The notes under the pieces are model-generated. The model had not been told where the DNA came from and did no database searches. It was given only the letters and a program-made list of their open reading frames with translations. DNA of 64,000 bases, taken from NCBI GenBank assembly GCA_041697335.1, contig JBGUGD010000007.1, forward strand, positions 64,001 to 128,000, read 5' to 3'. The stretch is from Vampirovibrionaceae bacterium NZW_1234. GTDB lineage: Bacteria; Cyanobacteriota; Vampirovibrionia; Vampirovibrionales; JAGQHJ01. Position numbers and translations under genes: made by a program. Below, one piece after another: positions 58,676-64,000 of the stretch (within the stretch, counting starts at the first letter, position 1; each line of letters starts with the position of its first letter).

Positions 58676-59140
58676 ATGGCAACACACACGGTATCCGACA
58701 CTTTAAAACATCTGGCCAAGGATTTGACCCGGGATTTTCCGCGCAGCCCTCGGGAAACCTTGGGTGGGTATGTCCTGGCGGCTCGCATGCTGGACAAGTG
58801 CCGAGCGGTCATCAATGAAACCAACGGTGAATATCACTTCAACTGCCCCTTGGATCGTATCATTTTGGATTTTACCGGCATTGATGCTGAAGAGTTGAGG
58901 GCCTATGTCGCAACCGGGGCGTCTGACCAAGAAGTGGGCGAATGGATCAAGACCCATTCTAAAGTGCAGGATCGCACCGAAATCGTCAAGTGGAACAACA
59001 AGTTGCGTGACACCCGCCTCAGCGATTTACCGGAGAACCTGCAGGTTTATATGGAAGACTACATCGACCAGTATGTTCCCAAGGGCAAGGTGGTGTATCA
59101 CTGGTTTGATGTGTATGACTACGAGGAGCAACGCCTTTAG
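58676..59140 (+). CDS. DUF5069 domain protein
   Basis: DLTRDFPRSPRETLGG...RMLDKCRA...GEYHFNCPLD. Confidence 0.88.
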   Translation: MATHTVSDTLKHLAKDLTRDFPRSPRETLGGYVLAARMLDKCRAVINETNGEYHFNCPLDRIILDFTGIDAEELRAYVATGASDQEVGEWIKTHSKVQDRTEIVKWNNKLRDTRLSDLPENLQVYMEDYIDQYVPKGKVVYHWFDVYDYEEQRL

Positions 59141-59196
59141 TTTCAGATACCCTGTTCTTGGTTGAATTGTCATTGTTGTTCGAAGGAGACATGGTA

Positions 59197-59664
59197 ATGT
59201 CGCAATCGACCCCTGCTGTTACAAAAGCGCCCCATGCCAGCGTCATGCACACGGGTGCCATGGCCGACTGGGGCCAGTACAGCTTTAGTATCCCCAATAC
59301 CCCCATTACGGCCCCGGGGAAATTATTTTTAAAAGAAGCCCTGGGGCTAACCGGGTGTGAAATTTCCTTGAATCAACTGCCTCCTGGAGGGAAAGTCCCC
59401 TTCTGGCACCGGCATGAAGCCAGCGAAGAAGTCTACCTGTTTCTGGGTGGCGAAGGTGAGTTTTATGTCGATGACGATATGATTGCGGTGACGCAAGGCA
59501 CCGTCATTCGTGTGGCCCCTCAAGCCCGCCGAACCTGGCGCAACACGTCGGCCACTGAGCCCCTCTATTACATCGTGCTTCAGACGGTTGATGGTTCGTT
59601 TTCGCAAACCACCATCGGAGATGGCCAGATTGTTCAGCTTGCTTTGCCCTGGGATAACGAATAA
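59197..59664 (+). CDS. cupin domain protein
   Basis: GKLFLKEALGLTGCEISLN, PFWHRH..EEVY, IRVAP..RRTWRN; AAGGAG RBS (start 59191 or 59197). Confidence 0.88.
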   Translation: MSQSTPAVTKAPHASVMHTGAMADWGQYSFSIPNTPITAPGKLFLKEALGLTGCEISLNQLPPGGKVPFWHRHEASEEVYLFLGGEGEFYVDDDMIAVTQGTVIRVAPQARRTWRNTSATEPLYYIVLQTVDGSFSQTTIGDGQIVQLALPWDNE

Positions 59665-59670
59665 GGCCTG

Positions 59671-60594
59671 CTAGGCCCAATCCGAAGGATTTTGAGCGGA
59701 CCACACGTCGCATTCGCCTTCTTGGGTTTCACAAACCATGCCCTTGTGTCTGGGATCGAAGCCCATGGGAAACCGGGTATTCATATTGTATTTGGACCCG
59801 CTTAACCGGGCTCCGTTCAACAAGGCATCGGTGAGTAAGGCACCTTTAAGGATGGCTCCCTGCAAGTTTGAACCTTGTAAGTTGGCCCCTCGAAGATCGG
59901 CCCCGTAAAGATTAGCGCCCTGCAAGTTGGCTCCCTCAAAATTGATGCCTTGAAGTTGGGCAGCTTCCAGTTCGGCATGTGGCATTTCAGCTTGGCTGAA
60001 GTCGCTGTTGATTGTTTCTGTTGCGGTTTCGTAGGCCATCGTGGTCAGTTGAATCTGGGATAGATTGGTGCCCTTCAGGTTGGCGTCGGCAAACTTGGCA
60101 CCTTCCAAATCGGCGTTGGTCAAGTTTGCATTTTCCAGATCGGCGCCATCGAAGACAGCTTGAAACAGGTTCGTTCCCTGGAGGTTCGCCCCGCGCAGAT
60201 TGGCATTGGCAAAGCAGGTCCCGTTCAGTTGGGCTCCCTCTAATATGGCGCCCTCCAGATTCGCATGGCCGAAGTTGGCTGCCGGCATCTCCGCATGGGT
60301 TAGGTTTGCGCCTTGCAAAAACGCACCCTGAAAGTTAGTGGCCTGTCCGACGGCTGATTCCAGATTCGCACCTTCCAAATGAGCTTCCTGAAGTTGAGTC
60401 TCTCTCATTGAGGAGCCTTTCAGAACAGCTTGTCTCAGATCCGTGTAGCTTAGGTCGGCCTGGGTCAAGTCCTGAGATGCAAAACTTTGGCCTGGAAAAG
60501 ACCGATACCGATAAACTCCAGAGGCTTCAACTTCTCGCGGGGAAAACTCTTGAGAAGTATCAACGTAGTTATGTTCATTCTCGTGGTTGTGCAT
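59671..60594 (-). CDS. pentapeptide repeat protein
   Basis: long A(N/D)LxG repeat tract; C-terminal YNMNTRFPMGFDP. Confidence 0.95.
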   Translation of the reverse strand: MHNHENEHNYVDTSQEFSPREVEASGVYRYRSFPGQSFASQDLTQADLSYTDLRQAVLKGSSMRETQLQEAHLEGANLESAVGQATNFQGAFLQGANLTHAEMPAANFGHANLEGAILEGAQLNGTCFANANLRGANLQGTNLFQAVFDGADLENANLTNADLEGAKFADANLKGTNLSQIQLTTMAYETATETINSDFSQAEMPHAELEAAQLQGINFEGANLQGANLYGADLRGANLQGSNLQGAILKGALLTDALLNGARLSGSKYNMNTRFPMGFDPRHKGMVCETQEGECDVWSAQNPSDWA

Positions 60595-60808
60595 GACGCT
60601 GCTAATCTCCTCCCGATACTGGATTTTTCATAAAAATCAGAATGCCTGGTTTTGGTATTTTGACGGATGTCTTCGCCTTGTCCCACCCACCGGATGTCTA
60701 ATTCTCGTTCTGACTTTCCGAAGCAGGCTTATTGGTATAATGGCCTTATAGAAGGGTGTCTGGGCTTATGCCCTGACGTTTTGTTGAAATCAATAGGGAG
60801 ATTGCTGT

Positions 60809-61141
60809 ATGACTCATTTGACCGCTGTTCTCACATTAAGTGTTTACCTGACCTTGTGTCTTCAGGGTATTGCTTCGGCTGCTGGAGCACACCAGGACAA
60901 TATTCCGGCCCATCATCATGATGCCCAGGAGGCGCACCATCACGATGCCGATCCTGCTCATCATCATGATGCCAATCCGGATCACCATCATGATTGCAAC
61001 CCCAAGCATCATCATGATTCCGATCCGTCCCATCATCACGACTGTGACCCCTCACACCATCATGATGCCAAACCCGGCCATCATCACGATGCGGATGCCG
61101 GGCATCACCATGACCAGGTTCCTGAGCACAAGCATCAATAA
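60809..61141 (+). CDS. secreted His-rich repeat peptide
   Basis: GGGAGA RBS; signal peptide ending IASA; nine HHHD-x-x-(P)-x octamers. Confidence 0.75.
   Translation: MTHLTAVLTLSVYLTLCLQGIASAAGAHQDNIPAHHHDAQEAHHHDADPAHHHDANPDHHHDCNPKHHHDSDPSHHHDCDPSHHHDAKPGHHHDADAGHHHDQVPEHKHQ
60911..61126 (+). repeat. 24-nt degenerate coding tandem repeat (9 units)
   Basis: CAYCAYCAYGAY recurring every 24 nt. Confidence 0.85.
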
Positions 61142-61187
61142 GCTGTCGCTTATTCGGCCGTTGCCGAAAACTTCTTTTGGACGGGCC

Positions 61188-61595
61188 CTAGCTGTTTAGC
61201 GGGGCCCGTACTTTGGGTTCTAACAGTTCAATGGGGATGCCGTTAGGGTCTTCAATAAAAGCAATGGCCCGGCTCCCCCCGGGAGAGCGCTTGGGTTCCT
61301 TGATAATTCTGACCCCCTGTGACCGGAGCCGTTCGATAACCTCTACCAGGTTGGATTCATCCAATTCAATGGCAAGGTGTTCATAGCGATTACCCAATGC
61401 GTAGGGATCGTGTTCCTCCAGGTCGTAGACCAGTTCAATATAAGAATTCCAATCGGCCCCGACAAAAGCCATGTCGGCGTTGCCCGGATAATGGTTGGGG
61501 CCTTCCAGAAGCTTGAGTCCCAACTTTTGGGTGTAAAATTCAATGGACTCGGCCATATTGTTGACGAAAATCGAGGTGTGCAAATAGCGTGGCAT
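61188..61595 (-). CDS. gloA: VOC family protein / lactoylglutathione lyase (glyoxalase I)
   Basis: YLHTSI...ESIEFYT..LGL, IELVY, YEHLAI, AFIEDPNGIPIELL; GGAGA RBS before ATG 61595. Confidence 0.8.
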   Translation of the reverse strand: MPRYLHTSIFVNNMAESIEFYTQKLGLKLLEGPNHYPGNADMAFVGADWNSYIELVYDLEEHDPYALGNRYEHLAIELDESNLVEVIERLRSQGVRIIKEPKRSPGGSRAIAFIEDPNGIPIELLEPKVRAPLNS

Positions 61596-61816
61596 GGGGC
61601 TTCTCTCCGCTGATCTGACCATGGTGTAATCCATGTTTTCGTATTCTATAGAAAAGGCATCCTCCACAAAAGAGCCGTGTGCCTGATCGCGCTTCAGGCG
61701 GCATAGGTTGCTTGTGATAGTCCGTTTGGATACTAGTAAAGCCGGTTTTGGTTCGACACAATTTTAGTTTAGAGTATCGACATACATAGAAGCCTTACTT
61801 ATAAGAGGAGAAAGAG

Positions 61817-61996
61817 ATGGTATCTCATACGGACCGAAGCAAAACCCGCTTGAAGCCCGGCGAGATTGTGACTGACTCGGGGATTTATGAAGATGTGCAG
61901 ACGGGGCAACGGGCCACACTAGTTAAAGGTGAACATGCCCCACCCACGCAGGAAGCTGAGAGCGCATGGCAGTTGATTCTGGCCACTCACACGTGA
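61817..61996 (+). CDS. YjzC-like small protein (59 aa, below the ORF-track cutoff)
   Basis: GAGGAG RBS; MVSHTDRSKTRLKPGEIVTDSGIYEDVQTGQRATLVKGEHAPPTQEAESAWQLILATHT. Confidence 0.8.
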   Translation: MVSHTDRSKTRLKPGEIVTDSGIYEDVQTGQRATLVKGEHAPPTQEAESAWQLILATHT

Positions 61997-62280
61997 CTGA
62001 CCACCGACCCGTCTGAGGCGGATGATACTCTGAACATCGTTTTATACCCGACAGCGTTATTTTGGGTTTGGCAGGAACAGGTTGCCCGGTTTTGGGGACA
62101 GAGTTCACTGTTGTTTATGATGCCTTGGACCTGGTCCGGCCCAGCCGACGGATGATGCACAAAAATAGCATGGCTTCGGGGATACGGGTCTCACACGCTT
62201 GATATTGAAAGTACCTGGAAGATGTGTTTTCGGTTTTGGAAAGGATGGCCCATTCCGGACGCTTTGCTTACAATAGCACC

Positions 62281-63129
62281 ATGAGCTATGCCGTTGCCAT
62301 CGTATCCCCGGAAGGGTATGTGCACAGCCTGGCCTTTCAGGAGGTGGCTGAGTCGATTCATTATGCGCTGTTGGCTTTGGGATACGACTCGGTGATGACA
62401 ACCAATTTCGATGACCCTACACGGCGCTATATCGTGTTTGGAAGCAACTTGGTGTCTATGGTGCCTGGATTGACCTTGCCTGCCAATGCCATTTTGTTCA
62501 ATCTGGAGCAGTTTAGCCCGGAGTCTACGTGGATTGAGCCTTCCCTGCTGGATCTGTTCCGGTCGTATGCCGTATGGGATTATAGCCCGGTTAATATCGG
62601 GTTGTTGGCCGAGCAGGGCATTACCCACGTGCGCCATGTTCCCATTGGGTATGTTCCCGAGTTGACCCGGATTCCTCAGGATGTTCCCCAGGACATCGAT
62701 GTCTTGTTCTATGGCTCCTATAACGATCGCCGCCGGGCCATTTTAGTGGCTCTTGAAGAGCGAGGGGTCAATGTTCAAACCTTGTTTGCCGTTTATGGCG
62801 CAGAGCGGGATGCTATGATTGCTCGATCCCGCATTGTGTTGAATCTTCACTTTTTCGAGTCCAAGATCTTCGAGATTGTGCGGGTCTCGTATTTGTTGGC
62901 TAATGGCCGCTTTGTGGTCTCCGAGCGTGGATCAGACGCCGCACATGAGGCCCTGTATGAATCGGCATTGGCGTTTTCTGAGTACGAAGACCTGGTGGAC
63001 ACGTGTATCCACTATCTGAATCATGAGGACCAACGCCAGGCGATTGCCCAGGCAGGATTTAATCTTATGCGAAATCACCTGCAGACCGAATTTCTGAAAC
63101 CGGTATTGGCAGCGTATCCGCCACACTAG
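62281..63129 (+). CDS. glycosyltransferase family protein (GT-B, CgeB-like C-terminus)
   Basis: FNLEQ, VWDYS, DIDVLFYGS, IVLNLH..FEIVRVSYLLAN..VVSE. Confidence 0.8.
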   Translation: MSYAVAIVSPEGYVHSLAFQEVAESIHYALLALGYDSVMTTNFDDPTRRYIVFGSNLVSMVPGLTLPANAILFNLEQFSPESTWIEPSLLDLFRSYAVWDYSPVNIGLLAEQGITHVRHVPIGYVPELTRIPQDVPQDIDVLFYGSYNDRRRAILVALEERGVNVQTLFAVYGAERDAMIARSRIVLNLHFFESKIFEIVRVSYLLANGRFVVSERGSDAAHEALYESALAFSEYEDLVDTCIHYLNHEDQRQAIAQAGFNLMRNHLQTEFLKPVLAAYPPH

Positions 63130-63144
63130 ACGTTAAATAGGGCT

Positions 63145-63354
63145 CTAGCAGTTGGGTGCCGGTCCCCGGTTCGGGTTGGGGCATTTTTCCCGTTTCGGCT
63201 CCGAGGGAACCGTCACGGGAAGGGGTGGATTGCGCCGAGGCTGAATGGGAGCGGGCTGATTCGGCGGTTTCTTTGGGGTTTCCGGTTTGGTTTCAGGCGG
63301 GGCTTTTGGGGGCGCAGAGGTATTGCTGGTAAAGCGCGTGAAACTAAGACGCAT
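63145..63354 (-). CDS. small Pro-rich hypothetical protein
   Basis: AAGGAG RBS before ATG 63354; MRLSFTRFTS then a Pro/Lys-rich tract with two C-terminal Cys. Confidence 0.6.
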   Translation of the reverse strand: MRLSFTRFTSNTSAPPKAPPETKPETPKKPPNQPAPIQPRRNPPLPVTVPSEPKREKCPNPNRGPAPNC

Positions 63355-64000
63355 GGGATTGGTCTCCTTGGGTTTTAGGGGGCTGAGGGGAAGTCTTTTT
63401 AGCATCAACAATGGTTAAAACAGAATCGGCGTAGGCTAGGCCACCGTTTAAAAAGCGGACCCACTGGGATTGGGGATATTTTTCATCGCTCCATGAGCCA
63501 TTCAAGCGATCGCTGATTTCGTCGAGGACAGCGTCGGTTAGCTCCAGTTGCGTGATCTCCTGATCGTCCACGTTGAGGAAGGGGAAGCCGCCATAGGGTG
63601 GGAAATTGCGGTTGCTGAACATCAGTGACGGGCGTCTGGAGGGGTGGGTATACTGCATTTCTTCCACAAATGCTGCCAACCCCGGGCTGGTTAAATCGCC
63701 ATCAAAGTTGCCGTCCCCATCGCGTGAGGCCAGGTTGAGCTTCCAATCGCCTTCGGCATTCAGCAGGTCTTGGAGTTGTCCGAGCAGTCCGCTCAGCTTG
63801 GCATTGAAGGCCAGCATCGACGGAGGGTATAGCCCGGACACGTCTGAGCTGGGGCCGAACACATATTTGTCTATTGCTGGAGATGATTTTGCCGAGTCGG
63901 ATGACCCCAAGACGGGCTTTTTGAGAATGTCCAGGAGGTCGCTCTCTATGTCGGGGACTTTAAAAAATTCGTCAAAAATCAGCCCCGATTTGGTGTCATA
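63344..64000 (-). CDS. hypothetical protein, 5'-truncated by the window edge
   Basis: frame stays open from 64000 down to the stop at 63344. Confidence 0.6.
   Translation of the reverse strand, partial: YDTKSGLIFDEFFKVPDIESDLLDILKKPVLGSSDSAKSSPAIDKYVFGPSSDVSGLYPPSMLAFNAKLSGLLGQLQDLLNAEGDWKLNLASRDGDGNFDGDLTSPGLAAFVEEMQYTHPSRRPSLMFSNRNFPPYGGFPFLNVDDQEITQLELTDAVLDEISDRLNGSWSDEKYPQSQWVRFLNGGLAYADSVLTIVDAKKTSPQPPKTQGDQSHAS

Noticed and set aside
60911..61126. Regular 24-nt repeat considered as a CRISPR array; overlapping Met/Ile-rich ORFs in other frames
   Set aside because: Units are degenerate at synonymous positions, there are no unique 30-40 nt spacers and no cas genes; the alternative ORFs are by-products of CAT/GAT repeats

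Overview
Bacterial chromosomal window of moderate GC, with no rRNA, tRNA, CRISPR array, transposase or phage gene visible. The style of the orphan proteins suggests a non-photosynthetic cyanobacterial relative (Vampirovibrionia/Melainabacteria), but this is an inference. Left to right: a molybdenum-cofactor operon (moeA, moaD, a MoaE-MoeB-rhodanese triple fusion, TauE); a SAM-methyltransferase-like TPR protein; a 2821-aa orphan with polymorphic-toxin-like architecture (Gly/Ala hydrophobic segment, HExxH zincin motif, C-terminal Ntox21/CdiA-CT-like motifs); a GH1-like glycosidase split by a single in-frame TAG; stress-type genes (DUF4142, flavoprotein disulfide reductase, SRPBCC, Zn-dehydrogenase); a 7-PAS/GAF histidine kinase; cydAB preceded by an 11-bp-periodic array and a 24-bp palindrome; a galactose/galactofuranose cluster (GH1-RmlD fusion, GT-Glf fusion, galK, GH1, nucleotidyltransferase, galE, mutarotase-like protein); rhodanese, hemerythrin and DUF2231; a co-oriented polX-ferritin-like-nth-SDR-nfi repair block; several orphans including a minimal subtilase; DUF72; two tiny ORFs bracketed by three long palindromes; an HxlR/DUF5069/cupin module; a pentapeptide-repeat protein; a secreted (HHHDxxPx)9 peptide; glyoxalase; a YjzC-like ORF missed by the ORF track; and a glycosyltransferase. 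The best candidates for something new are (i) the giant toxin-like protein, (ii) a recurring N-terminal 'S/P-rich...RF(S/A)G' leader on unrelated orphans that may be a non-Sec export signal, and (iii) a GalT-independent galactose-salvage-to-galactofuranose pathway within a general-stress region. All family calls come from motif recognition by eye; no searches were run.
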